Assembly (NCBI GenBank): GCA_002269645.1
Contig: NIVC01003111.1
Coordinates: 54,901 to 118,900 of the forward strand
Reading direction: 5' to 3'
Length of the DNA stretch: 64,000 bases
Source of the DNA: Macrostomum lignano
Lineage: Eukaryota
Shown piece by piece: positions 12,676 through 24,232 of the stretch. Within the stretch, counting starts at the first letter, position 1. Each line of letters opens with the position of its first letter. The notes beneath the pieces are model-generated. The model did not search any database, was not told the origin of the DNA, and saw only the letters and a list, made by a program, of their open reading frames with translations. The position numbers were made by a program, and so were the translations under genes.

Positions 12676-13987
12676 CCCACTGACAATTGCTTTCTACACC
12701 GGAACGGAGCAACGCAGACTCACAAACTTGCAAACTGGCCTAACATTCTGTTATGCACCTTATCAAACGATAATCAAGTCGCCAGCCTTCAACAAAGTCG
12801 AGAAATTCAACGATTCTGCCAGAAGTTCGGTTTTTTTACACAAGCGCTAATGAATTCAGTACACTCTTGTGCACCAGTGAGGCCTTGTCAGTCCCTCATA
12901 TTTCAGCAGTACGTCAACCACATGTGTCTGCATCATCAATAACTTTGGTGGCCCCAGGCCTTCAGTCAGGTGGAGCTCCTGGACCTTCAACAGGTGGCAC
13001 CAAGTGACCATGAACACCCTGTCCAATTTCTCTGATCAATCCTCGACAGTGGGCAAGTCGCAACTGCTAGAATTACTCAAATAGTCTCTCAAGCATTCGG
13101 TCATCACCTCGACACTTTGCATACGACAGTAAGAAAATCTAAACTACTCTGTTTCCCAGTCTCAGAGGTTGTCCGCGGCGTGTCTACCAGCCCGTCTGTC
13201 GCGACTCGCAACCCCTGGGCTGGTGATCTTGGGGTTGAGCATCAGCTACCGCTGTTTTCAAGTCATCACATGCTGATGTCGATCGCTAAGGCCAGCAGGA
13301 GTGACTGCACAGCTGTCATCGTGGCTCTTGAAGACATCCTTGGCTACTTTTTGAAAAGCCTCAGGTAAAAACCAGAAATGAAAATGGCTGGATATTCCTC
13401 CTGTGAAAATCTCACTAGTAGAATCTGGGGAAGCAGAGAACACTGCAAGTACTCGCAGCAGAAAAATGGCATGCATGCATATTCTGTTGCTATGGCTGGA
13501 ATCTTCGAGCCTTAGCCGGAATTAAACTTTTCTGTCGTTCTCTCTGCTAGAAGCAATCAAATCAAACTTAGACATATTTGTCTGGGCACACATGAAAACA
13601 TGATTAATTAGAAGAAGTTAATTTAGACTGGGTGAGTGAAGGTATGAATAGAGGTTGGAATCCCAAAAAAGTGCAGAGTGGAGTTTCCAGCTCCGATCAA
13701 ATTCAAGCAGCATTCTTGTCGGCAGTTTTTACTGCATACAACGATATTACGAGGCATGCTCGAAAACTCCTACTGTCAGTAGGGTAGGAAATTTCACGAA
13801 GTAGCTTCTTTAGCCAATCCAAATGGGAGCGTAATTAGAAATTTTATATTGATTGGGTCCACGGAGTTTCAATAGTACTCGTACCTCCTGGGATCAAGAA
13901 CTTCCAGTTAAAATACATAAGTATGCTTCTAGACCATAATAAATATTTGTTGGGTGACGCAAACGGTGATGGATGGGTGAGACAGTT

Positions 13988-14046
13988 CAACCCTGAGCTC
14001 GTGTCCTTCCGCGCCAAGCAGCAGGACTGCCAGCTGCGCCGCCAGC
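13988..14046 (+). other. Perfect 59-bp inverted copy of DEG/ENaC coding sequence 15262-15320
   Basis: caaccctgagctcgtgtccttccgcgccaagcagcaggactgccagctgcgccgccagc is the exact reverse complement of plus-strand 15262-15320. It is followed by cag|gtaaga. Confidence 0.95.
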
Positions 14047-14049
14047 CAG

Positions 14050-14345
14050 GTAAGACAGGTGAGACAGGTGAGACAGGTAATATTGGTCTGTGTACAGTTG
14101 GGATTGGTCTGTGCACAGGTGGGATTGGTTTGTGAACAGGTGGGATTGGTTTGTGAACAGGTGGGATTGGTTTGTGAACAGGTGGGATTGGTCTTTGCAA
14201 GGTGGATTTGGTTTATGCACAAGTGGGGGATTGGTTTATGCGCAGGTAGGATATGCCTGTATACTGGTGAGACTGCTGCACACAGGATAGATTGGTCTGT
14301 GCACAGGTAAGAAATGCCTGTATACAGGTGAGACTGATGCACACA
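14050..14345. repeat. ~21-bp degenerate minisatellite (acaggtgggattggtttgtga)
   Basis: Tandem array immediately downstream of the DEG/ENaC stop codon in minus-strand sense. Confidence 0.85.
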
Positions 14346-14374
14346 GGTCAGAGAGACGAAGCGGATTTCAGGTT

Positions 14375-17300
14375 TCAGGCTGGCGAGTCAGAGACGGTCC
14401 TCTTGTCGGTCCCAGCCGATGTCTCCTCCTTGCTGGTTGGCCGCAGGCATCTGGAAAATGAGAACCCGATGCGCAGCAGCAGCTCCAGCAGCTCAATCAT
14501 GGTGATGATGCTGGCACCGATCCAGAGTCCTGTACAAAGTTTGAATCAGTTTTCTGCCTATTAACAAACTGTTCAGTAAAAAACAGTGCAGTAAACCTAT
14601 GAGCATTGGTACCAACGATCCACCATGACAGAATGAGGACCCAGCTCACCCAGGATGCCGCCGAGGTCAGACAGCAAGTTCCGCAGGGGGTAGACCCAGT
14701 CCTCAATGTAGTGGTACGCTCCAGAGGCGGAAATGTGCAAATCCAGCAGGCTGAAGTACTGAAACTTCTCCGGCACTGGCCGATTCATCGCCGCACGCAG
14801 GCTGGCCAGAGTGGCATTATCAACGGACTCAGCCTTGGCTATCGCCCTGCTCAGAAACATGTCCATTGAACTCTGAAATGCTGTCACTGAGTAGCCTGCC
14901 GCCGAGTCCATCGGCCAGCGAGTGGCCATCACGGACGCGGGAAACTCGGAGCGCCGTCACAGCCGGTTGCAGTCGTCCGCTACGGTGCGGCCTCTCTGGA
15001 GACTCTCAACTCTGTCAAAACAGAGGGCAGCTAGACGCAGCTGCTCCCAGCGGGCCAAGTTTGCCTGGTAAAATTCCTCGAAGCTCTGCACAGTGCTTCC
15101 GTTCTTGATGGTCATGCTGGCCGAGGTGTTGGTTGGCGGCCGGATGTCAATGAAGAACATCGGCTCCCACATCTCGTGGCAGGGCCGGGCGGCCGGCATG
15201 AGGTCCGACGGGATGGGCAGGTGCTCCGCCAGGCAGCCGCATTCGTGTAGAAACTGCAGCTGCTGGCGGCGCAGCTGGCAGTCCTGCTGCTTGGCGCGGA
15301 AGGACACGAGCTCAGGGTTGCTGTTTGAGCGGCTGTAGTCGCTGACGTAGTCAACTATGCCCAGGTCCTCGCTGCACTCGTAGGCGTCGCGGTCAAGCTT
15401 TGTCTCGATCTTCTGGCTGACGTCGACGCTCAGTCGCTGCTGAAGCGGCACCGCAATGGCCGTGGCAGTGAAGGGATTCGCATCTGCCGGTGGAGGCGGG
15501 TGAGGCGGATGGAGTGAAGCTTGGAAAATGCAGAACGTTCAATGAATTAGAAAATGGAAGGCTTCATAATGGCGATGGAAGCGACCTTTGAAAACATAAG
15601 CAGTTTTACGTTAACTTAAGCTAATGACGTTTTGCATTTTGCTCAAGGTTTTTCTCAATATCATTGAGTGCCTCGGCTTCACTCAGACAATTAAATCTAT
15701 TTGCGTGCGGAAACAATTTTTAGCGAGTCCTTTGGACTTGAAGTTTCAAAAAGTTAGAGTGGGTACCTGTAACTCGTAAACAGCTTTCGTGTAAAGTATA
15801 AGATTCTAAAGTCGAAACCCGATTCGAACTCACTCGGCTCGTGCAGTGACACTGAAAATCCCGGGATGTGGTTGACCTCCTCCTCCTCGGTGAGGAAGCT
15901 GTTGGAGTTGGAGTATAGGATGAGGAACAGTCCGTTGCCCTCGCCAATTTGCAGGCCGTCACGATTTTTGGGCGTGAAGGTAAAGCAGAGAAACCTGATG
16001 GGGTCTTTGTAGACCCGGAAATCGTCGTAGGAGCACTCGCGGGAGTTGAACCGGCAGTACACTACCGTGTCCTTCAGGGTTTGAAATTGCTGCGACCTGT
16101 AGGCCACCTGCTTCAGCGAGTATTTGCCATCGTCGTACTCGCTGTAGGGATAGACGGGGATGTTTGTGTCGTTGTACTTGATGCGGTACCAGACTCGCGC
16201 CAGGTCGTACACCATGTCGTAGAGAGAGCGCCTGTCTTCGCCCGGCCCTGGAATGGGGTTGAACCGGTAGTCATAGTGGATATAGTCATTGGGGCAAATG
16301 GTCACCGACGGGAATTGGAAGTCATCCACGCCCTCGTAGTTCTCCGTGTTGACCGGGTACTCAGCGTAGCGAGTCAGAAGCTGGCCCAGGTGTATTAGGA
16401 ACCCGACAAAGGTGCCAAAAACTAGCAGCACCCACGCGAGCCGATATATCAGTGGGCCATCGTTCAGCCGGCGCACGCCGTGGATGGTCGTCTGGCTGAC
16501 GAAGGCGCGGCTAATCTTCCGGATCTCCGACATGGCGGCTGATTCGACTGCGAACAACTGTAACCCAGTGGGACAACCGTGTTGAATTCCTTTTATAGAG
16601 CTGGGATTGCCTTCTTTCTCGCTAATTATTGTGTTCAATTTACGCTGATGAAATGGGGTGGGGTGCGAGCGTCCTCTGACTGTGCCTGGTTTCATTTTGA
16701 AGATTGACCACCTGTGTCATCAGAGATCTGCAGACTGACGACTGCAGGAAGAATGAAAGAATGTTATGACATTGATCGTGGCACAGGTTTCTTAAAAAAC
16801 AGCTAATTGGCAGATGTGCAACCGACAGCTCAGCCGCAACTATTGCGCGGCGCATCTGAAGGCTGCGTACGGCTGTTCGGTCCAAAGACTGGGGAGTCGC
16901 CACACAACCTGAATTACCCCAGCTAATGCTGGCACCCATTTTACAGCTGAGTAATTTGAAGCAACACAGAGTTAAGTGTTTTGCTCAAGGACACAAATTG
17001 TCCCCAATGTGTCGAGAATCGAACCCCCGACCATTCAGTCGTGACTCCGACGCTCTAACCCCTAGGCCACAACCCCCTCTTTCACATTCACAGTGTGACA
17101 CAGTGATCTTCGCACTGTAACCGTGACACAGTAAAAGAGACGCACTGACTGTGACGCAGTGACAGTGACACAGCAATCATGACACCCACATAGAAGGTAA
17201 CAGTCGCAGTGACTGTAGTAATCGAGTAGAATTTGCTGAATAAGAAGTTAGCCTCCACTTGGGCATCGATTGCGATTTATATATTTGAGATCTAAGGGTT

Positions 17301-18835
17301 CGCTCAGAGATCAACGTGCACTTAGGTATTGTGAATGTACATTAGTTTGATGTACATTATAAATAGACGCTGGGCGCTGGGCGCTAGGTAGAATAGAGTA
17401 CATCTTCCCCTGCACGAATTTTCGAAGGAAATCAAAAGAAATGAAAGCGGCACTTAAAGAAGGCTCGTATTAGCCCAAAATAAATTAAAGGTTTATCATT
17501 AGTCCAATGCTGAATGAACACAGCGTACTATCGGTGATGAACAGCAGATTAGCTGGCGCGGCTCCCGTGTCGATGTTTGGGTTGCTGCGGTACGCGGCGA
17601 GCCAGTCTCGCAGCGCAACAATCCAGGCGGCTCCTTGAGCGCTGAAGGAGCGGAACAGATTGTTTAGGAGCCGCTTCATGCCCTCCACGATGCGCTGGGC
17701 CTCTGGATGCAGCTTGATCCGCTCGTGACCGATCCGCTGACTCGTGACGAATTGAATGAATACTTTTGAATAAAATGGCCGACCGCTGCCGGTCATGATT
17801 TGCTTCGGAATCCCGAACATAGCGAAGATCTGTTTATCTGTTTTAGCTGCTTGATCATGCCTTCAGCTGTAAGCGACTTCATTGCTACTATGATGGGGTA
17901 GCGCAAGTGCTAGTATCACGATGAAATGCCGACCGTTGACGGGCCCGATGAAATCGACACAGATGGTCGACCATGCCGACTTCGGTAGCGTGGATAGCGA
18001 CGGTTTGGCTGTTAAAACTTCTGTTTGGTGGTGGCTGAACGCTTGACCGAGTTGGTCAGTTGGAAGATTCTTGGAGTAGCTCTCCGGACACGTCAAAGTT
18101 CAGCTGCTTTGATTCGGCCAGCGCTGCCAATTCTGCCGATGTGCGTCTTCCTTTTCGGCCCGAATTTCTCACTCGTCACCCTCCCCAGGATGGTGACGCC
18201 CTGGTTGCGCATCACTGTGAAGTCGACCATGTACTTCGAGCCGCCGACGTTGACCAGGAGCTTAGCCCTGCCGGCAGTTTCCAGGGGCGACCGAGAGCCG
18301 AAAGGATAAAGCCGCCTTGTTGGCAGCCGAAGTGGCGTCTTAGCAGTCTTGATCTCCTGAAAGGTCGCCATGTCGATGACGTTGCAGCTGGCGCCACTGT
18401 CGATGAGGGCTTCCAGCCGCTTGCCGTTGGCTGAGACTGTCAGCAGCGGCAGTTCATATGTGGCCAGACAGTGACCGAGAAACTTGTGGCATACAATTTT
18501 GCTCAATAATTTTGAATTACAAAAATATTTCTAATTTGAAAATAAGAGTTAAAAATTTAATTTCTACTAAAAGTAGATGTTTAAGCATTCGGATTTTTTT
18601 TAAGATTCTGCTAAATTAACCTTTCGCATCTCTTGTAGTCATAAGCTTGAAAGTGATAAGTGCTCGCGTGATACAAAATTTTTATAAGCTAAATGGGTTG
18701 CTAATTTATCTTCTTTAAAATATGAGTAGTTTTTTTGAACGTACTTCTCCCTGTAGAATTATTTAGATGAAGCCCTCACTGATCGATAGGCAGGCCTTTG
18801 CTTACCTTGGCCAGGTTCGCCTTTCGTTCGGCCAT
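14375..18835 (-). CDS. DEG/ENaC (ASIC/FaNaC-like) sodium channel subunit, 4 exons, ~580 codons, with one in-frame TGA at 14957-14959
   Basis: Exons 18835-18806, 16557-15834, 15483-14650 and 14529-14375, all GT/AG and phase-consistent. Motifs: pre-TM1 TTIHG, TM1, FPSVTICP, Cys-rich thumb (ECGC), TRWP, and TM2 LSDLGGILGLWIGAS with the GAS filter. The first exon has an acceptor at 18937, so the 5' end may extend further. Confidence 0.88.
16803..17076 (-). mobile_element. tRNA-derived CORE-type SINE, copy 1 (in DEG/ENaC intron 1)
   Basis: On the minus strand: A box TGGCCTAGGGG, B box GGTTCGATTC, then gtccttgagcaaaacacttaac...ctgtaaaatggg resembling the MIR/CORE domain. A second copy lies at ~32424-32745. 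Confidence 0.85.
17490..18506 (-). pseudogene. Decayed Gypsy pol remnant: aspartic protease joined directly to a frameshifted integrase, RT/RNase H absent
   Basis: Protease motif LEALIDSGASCNVI (ORF 18093-18506). Integrase pieces WSTICVDFIGP and FGIPKQIMTGSG...WIVALRDWLAAYRSNP..TGAAPANLLF. An 8-bp duplication (aaacagat) and other frameshifts are present, and the second catalytic Asp is replaced by Gly. Confidence 0.8.
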
Positions 18836-19009
18836 CCTGCGTGCAGCATCCGGGACTCTGCGCGTGAGCAGGATGAGCAAATTGAATACGGAGAGGATGC
18901 AGCCTCTCGAACTCTGGTGCTGGTGAGTGGCGTCTGCCTAGAAGAAGAGGGTAGAGCTGAGAGTTCTGAGAAGATAAGAATTCAGGAGATGAGATGACTC
19001 CTTAGACTG

Positions 19010-19575
19010 GGCCAGAGTGACTCATGAGTTGAGATTGGAGTGACTCTTGAGTTAAGATTGGCGTGACATGAATTAATGTTGGAGTGACTCATGAGTTGAG
19101 ATTGGAGTGACTCATGAGTTGATATTGGAGTGACTCATGAATTAATGTTGGAGTGACTCATGATCTAAGATTGGAGTGACTCATGAGTTGATATTGGAGT
19201 GACTCATGAGTTGATGTTGGAGTGACTTATGATCTAAGATTGGAGTGACTCATGAGTTGATATTGGAGTGACTCATGAGTTGATGTTGGAGTGACTTATG
19301 ATCTAAGATTGGAGTGACTCATGAGTTGAGATTGGCGTGACTCATAAGTTGAGATTGGCGTGACTCATGAGTTGATATTGGAGTGACTCATGAGTTGATA
19401 TTGGAGTGACTCATGAGTTGAGATTGGCGTGACTCATGAGTTAATATTGGAGTGACTCATGAGTTGAGATTGGCGTGACTCATAAGTTGAGATTGGCGTG
19501 ACTCATGAGTTGATATTGGAGTGACTCATGAGTTAATATTGGAGTGACTCATGAGTTGAGATTGGAGTGACTCAT
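19010..19575. repeat. 22-bp minisatellite (ttggagtgactcatgagttgag/ata), about 25 copies
   Basis: Tandem array in which most units contain TGACTCA. Confidence 0.95.
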
Positions 19576-20140
19576 TAGACAGAACATACTCGTACAGAAA
19601 TCACAAGATGCATTTCATTGGCGAGTTGAGTCAGAGCTCAGATGAAGGCCAATGCCGAGCCACATCTCAAACGATAGCACTGCACGCTTCAATCATAGAT
19701 TCTGAGCACTGAACTTCAGGCCACAATATTATTTAGAAGGGAGCCAGACTCGGGGAAGATTGATTTGCCATTAATCCCCAATCCCCATGGAATTGCCACC
19801 GGCCGGCCATCCGGTAATAATTAATTTGGACTGCAGCTGAGTTCCGCACCTACGATTGGATTGGAGAAGATGAACAAAAATTAGCCATTGAATTGTGCCA
19901 ATTGTTTGCAATCTGCCGTCCAGCTCTGGAATCGAGGGAGTTTGAACAAACTGACAATATTTAGCTAAGTGCAGCAGTGCTCAGCCTGAGAGGGGAGCAC
20001 TGGCACTGGGCATGTGGGATGAAAGTATGCACTGTGAGGGGTGGACAAATGCTCTACCAGATTCAATTCTCCCACTAACTGAAAGAAAAGAAAGCAATAT
20101 AATAAATATGATCATTGCATTCCTGTTCCGAGGTAGGTTG

Positions 20141-20659
20141 GATTAGCAATTCGTTCTATTCCTGCACCCATGATGGGCTAGATTAGCAATCCGTTCTATT
20201 CCTGCACCCATGATAGGCTAGATTAGCAATCCGTTCTATTCCTGCACCCATGATAGGCTAGATTAGCAATCCATTCTATTCCTGCACCCATGATAGGCTA
20301 GATTAGCAATCCATTCTATTCCTGCATCCATGATAGGCTAGATTAGCAATCCATTCTATTCCTGCATCCATGATAGGCTAGATTAGCAATCCATTCTATT
20401 CCTGCACCCATGATAGGCTAGATTAGCAATCCATTCTATTCCTGCATCCATGATAGGCTAGATTAGCAATCCATTCTATTCCTGCATCCATGATAGGCTA
20501 GATTAGCAATCCATTCTATTCCTGCATCCATGATAGGCTAGATTAGCAATCCATTCTATTCCTGCATCCGTGATAGGCTAGATTAGCAATCCATTCTATT
20601 CCTGCATCCGTGATAGGCTAGATTAGCAATCCGTTCTATTCCTGCATCCATGATAGGCT
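20141..20659 (+). repeat. 40-bp minisatellite, left arm (13 units), interrupted by the LTR element and resuming at 25374-25486
   Basis: Unit gattagcaatccattctattcctgca(c/t)ccatgataggcta. The array resumes in register after the element. Confidence 0.95.
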
Positions 20660-21025
20660 TGTAGTGAAACTACAACTTAACTTAGATTTGAATTGCAATA
20701 TATTTTATGAGTTAAAGACGAGAGGGCTTGGGGCGAGAAACTTAACTGCGAGAAAGAACTGTAAAAGGAAATTAGTCTATGGTAATTTATGACAAACTGA
20801 GTTGCAAATAAAAAGTACAACAAAATACCCATACGACTCCCCCCTCCAATTGCGGAGCACGGGGAAAAGAGACTGTAACTGAATTATAAAATGGTGGAAT
20901 GGCTTAAATTATTGAAACGAAGCGGTTATACAGTTGAAATACGAGCTAAATTTTATGAGGGGTTGAACATTGAGAAATATTGAGAACATTGGAACAGCAG
21001 TCAGTAGACGTTATACATTACAAGG

Positions 21026-22009
21026 TTAATAATAAATGTAATGATTATGGCGTCGGAATTGGACTTGGCGGCCGCTAGAGGTCGCTCTAGGAGGTGATGA
21101 GTCCACCGGTTCCTTTGGTTTGGCGGCTTTTTCCGGAAGCGAGTTCGCGGCCGGCTGAACAGACGACTTCGGAAGCGAAAGTCGCGCCGGCTTGAGGCGA
21201 TCGATAGAGACAGATTCGGTGTTGCCTGACGGTAGGAAAATAACGAAGAACTTGTCAGTTCGCTGTTTCACGCGATACGGCCCTGAGTACGGCGCCTCGA
21301 GCGGCGACCGCACGCGATCGGCCCGAACCCAGACGAATTCAGCCATTTCCAGGTCCTTGGGTACGTAGCTCCGTGGTTCGTGCGTCTTCGCGTGTGGACT
21401 CGGTAACTCTGTCAGCAGTTCCTGCAGCCGTGTCCGAATGTCCGTTGGGGCGAGTGGTTCAGAAGTTAGGATGCGCGGAACCATCGGAAGCTCGCCGGTA
21501 ACCCTGGTGAACGGTGATATTCCTTGGTCGTCAGGTGCGACGTGCATCGCGAGGAGAGCCACAGGTAGGTCTGTCAGCCAGTCATTGCCTCGAGCACGTA
21601 GCATCGTCTTCAGGGTGCGATGGGCTCGCTCGACCTTGCCATTGGTTTGAGGGTGGTAGGCCGTTGTGCGTAATCGATGAAAACCAATTGATGACGAGAC
21701 CGAGTGAAAGAATTCTGATTCGAACTGGCGCCCCCGATCAGTGATTACATACAGTGGCACTCCGTAGCGCGAGACCCAAGACGAGACGAATGCATGGGCG
21801 ACTACTTCCGCGGTTATTGATTCCAGTGGTGTAGCTTCTAGCCAGCCAGTCGAGCGGTCGACCATCGTGAGAAGGTAGCGGGCAGACTGGTGGCCAAAGG
21901 TGGTAGCATTAGCTGGTGGAAGTGGTCCCACAATATCGATGTGTACCGCCTCAAAGCGATTTGATGGTAATGAGAAGGCCTGTTGCGGGGAGACAGTGTG
22001 GCGAGTGAC
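21026..22009 (-). CDS. Gypsy integrase core and C-terminus, separated from pol by an in-frame TAA
   Basis: In frame with pol after CQRS-TAA-VTRH. D,D,E motifs HIDIVGP, VITDRGRQFES and KVERAHRTLK are intact. LEAPYSGPY (GPY/F) present. Confidence 0.9.
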   Translation of the reverse strand, partial: VTRHTVSPQQAFSLPSNRFEAVHIDIVGPLPPANATTFGHQSARYLLTMVDRSTGWLEATPLESITAEVVAHAFVSSWVSRYGVPLYVITDRGRQFESEFFHSVSSSIGFHRLRTTAYHPQTNGKVERAHRTLKTMLRARGNDWLTDLPVALLAMHVAPDDQGISPFTRVTGELPMVPRILTSEPLAPTDIRTRLQELLTELPSPHAKTHEPRSYVPKDLEMAEFVWVRADRVRSPLEAPYSGPYRVKQRTDKFFVIFLPSGNTESVSIDRLKPARLSLPKSSVQPAANSLPEKAAKPKEPVDSSPPRATSSGRQVQFRRHNHYIYY

Positions 22010-24232
22010 TTAACTCCGTTGGCAGTCCTGGCAGTTCCAGCAGTAGGTCTTGATGGACTTGCGCATTCCGGGCCAAAAGTAACGTTCTGTGATGAGTTTT
22101 GCTGTTTTACGGTAGCCGAAATGACCAAGTCGATGGAAGGAGGCAATCACGGCGTCGCGGAGGGACGGCGGAATGATCGGGCGAGGATACGGCGTTGACG
22201 TCTCACACCAAACGACGATGTCTTTGTCCAGAGAATACGATCGAATATTTGGTGCAGCTGAGAACGACTCCGGTCGTTGTGCTTCAGCGATACTAGGCAG
22301 ATCAAAAGGGAATTGGCTTGATGGGGCAGCGACTACAGCGACTGTTGCGATGTTGGACACGTGATCATTCACTGGGATGTCAGGCAGTCGAGAAAGGGCA
22401 TCAGCTATTACGTTGTCTGCACCGCGAATGTACTGGACATCTGCCACGTACTCGGACAAGATGGTCAAGTAGCGCTGATTGCGATCTGACGTAGTGGTGC
22501 GATTGGCGTGGAAGGCCTGAGCTAGTGGTTTATGATCGGTGAACAAGGTCACGCTCAGTCCTTCAATGAGGCTGCGGAAGTGCAACACTGCCAGGTACGC
22601 CGCGAGTAGTTCTCGGTCGAACGTGCTGTACATCCTTTGAGATGACGACAACTTCTTGCTGAACATGCCAAGAGGTGACGTTCCGGTTGAAGAGGTTTGA
22701 TGCAGAACGGCACCAACACAGTCGGCTGAGGCATCAGTGTACAGGTGGTACGCAGTACAGTTGGGGTCCGGATGATGCAGCAGTAGTCTCTCTGAGAGAG
22801 CTTGTTTGATGTTTTCGAAAGATTTCTGATGCTGCTCTGTCCATTGGAAGTTTCCTGCTGACTGTAGTGATGCAGTGAGTAGGTCTTGCAGCGGACAGAT
22901 GCGGTCGGCAAAGTTGGGAACGAATCGACGGTAGAAACCGACGACACCGAGGAAGCGCCGAAGTGCGTTCGAATCCGTGGGTGTCGGCCAGTCAGTGATT
23001 ATTTTGATCTTCTTCTGGAGAGGCTTTATTCCTTCAGGAGTCACGCGATGGCCAAGGAAATCTACCTCGGACTGAAAGAATTCGCACTTCTTCAAATGAA
23101 CCTGTAGGCCGTGTGTTCTTAGGCGGTCCAAAACTTGTTCCAAATGCGAGTAGTGGTCCTCACGAGTCTTTGAGAATATCAGGACATCATCGATGTAAGA
23201 GATGACGAATGACAGTCCGTGAAAAACAGAGTCGATGAAGCGTTGAAATGTTTGTGCTGCATTCCTCAGGCCGAAGGGCATGCGTGTGTACTCGAACAAT
23301 CCAAACGGTGTGGTGATAGCGGTTTTGCAAATATCCTCTTCGGCGACTGGAATTTGATGAAAGGCGCGAACAAGGTCTAACTTTGAAAACACAGTGCTTC
23401 CGTGTAGGTACCGAGTGAAGGTTTGAATGTGTGGAACCGGATAGTTGTCCGGCTTTGTTCGTTTGTTCAATTCGCGATAGTCACCGCACGGACGCCAGCC
23501 AGCTCCCTTGGGTGCCATGTGGAGGGGTGACGCCCAAGCGCTTGAGGAAGGTCTGAGGTAGCCAGCATCGATTAGCTGCTGAAACTCCTGCTTTGCAGCC
23601 TGTAGTTTTGCAGGGTGCAGTTGCCGGGGTCGCAAGTGAACCGGTTGTCCACTGCCAGTGTCTAGCCGGTGAACAGTGTCATGCTTGACCTCTGAAGCTG
23701 GCGGAAGGGCTCCGCCTTCAACGAAAGAAAAACAATCTGCAAACTTTGTCAACAGCGTACTCGTCCGAGAATCCAGGTTGGGTGGCAGTTCTACCGACAC
23801 AGTGAATGGGCCACAATGAACATTTGAAATTGACAAAGTAACAGTAGACAGTCCTGTTTCTGAGTCTCGAACGTGTTTGCGCTGACAATCGACAACTAAC
23901 CCATGGTGAGCCAAGAAATCGTAACCAATGATGGGTTTCACCACTGACGCCACGAGGAAGGTCCACTTGAAGGCGCGACGCAAACCGCGGATTGAGACAT
24001 CCAGTAGGACCGACCCGCGAACTGGTATGGCGGCTCCGATAGCAGTAATTAAACGAACGTTTGTATCTTGAACGAGTGCGTTAACGAGGTGAGGTGGAAC
24101 AATGGAAACCGAGGCTCCAGTATCCACAAGAAACTTGCTGTAGGTATTGTTGATTTTAACATCTAACTCCAAACAGGTGGTCGATGGTATCTCGGCACTG
24201 CGCACCGCGACCTCGGTCGCAGTGCGACTTAG
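22010..24232 (-). CDS. Gypsy pol (protease, reverse transcriptase, RNase H, integrase zinc finger), -1 frame relative to gag
   Basis: [10 protein letters not shown] protease, [31 protein letters not shown] motif, LYTDAS and FTDHKPL RNase H, HRLGH...CQDC zinc finger. Confidence 0.95.
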   Translation of the reverse strand, partial: LSRTATEVAVRSAEIPSTTCLELDVKINNTYSKFLVDTGASVSIVPPHLVNALVQDTNVRLITAIGAAIPVRGSVLLDVSIRGLRRAFKWTFLVASVVKPIIGYDFLAHHGLVVDCQRKHVRDSETGLSTVTLSISNVHCGPFTVSVELPPNLDSRTSTLLTKFADCFSFVEGGALPPASEVKHDTVHRLDTGSGQPVHLRPRQLHPAKLQAAKQEFQQLIDAGYLRPSSSAWASPLHMAPKGAGWRPCGDYRELNKRTKPDNYPVPHIQTFTRYLHGSTVFSKLDLVRAFHQIPVAEEDICKTAITTPFGLFEYTRMPFGLRNAAQTFQRFIDSVFHGLSFVISYIDDVLIFSKTREDHYSHLEQVLDRLRTHGLQVHLKKCEFFQSEVDFLGHRVTPEGIKPLQKKIKIITDWPTPTDSNALRRFLGVVGFYRRFVPNFADRICPLQDLLTASLQSAGNFQWTEQHQKSFENIKQALSERLLLHHPDPNCTAYHLYTDASADCVGAVLHQTSSTGTSPLGMFSKKLSSSQRMYSTFDRELLAAYLAVLHFRSLIEGLSVTLFTDHKPLAQAFHANRTTTSDRNQRYLTILSEYVADVQYIRGADNVIADALSRLPDIPVNDHVSNIATVAVVAAPSSQFPFDLPSIAEAQRPESFSAAPNIRSYSLDKDIVVWCETSTPYPRPIIPPSLRDAVIASFHRLGHFGYRKTAKLITERYFWPGMRKSIKTYCWNCQDCQRS

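Noticed and set aside
19638-19665. Second hammerhead-like motif (cagatgaaggccaatgccgagcc)
   Set aside because: Both conserved boxes are mismatched (CAGAUGA, GAGC). It is too degenerate to support.
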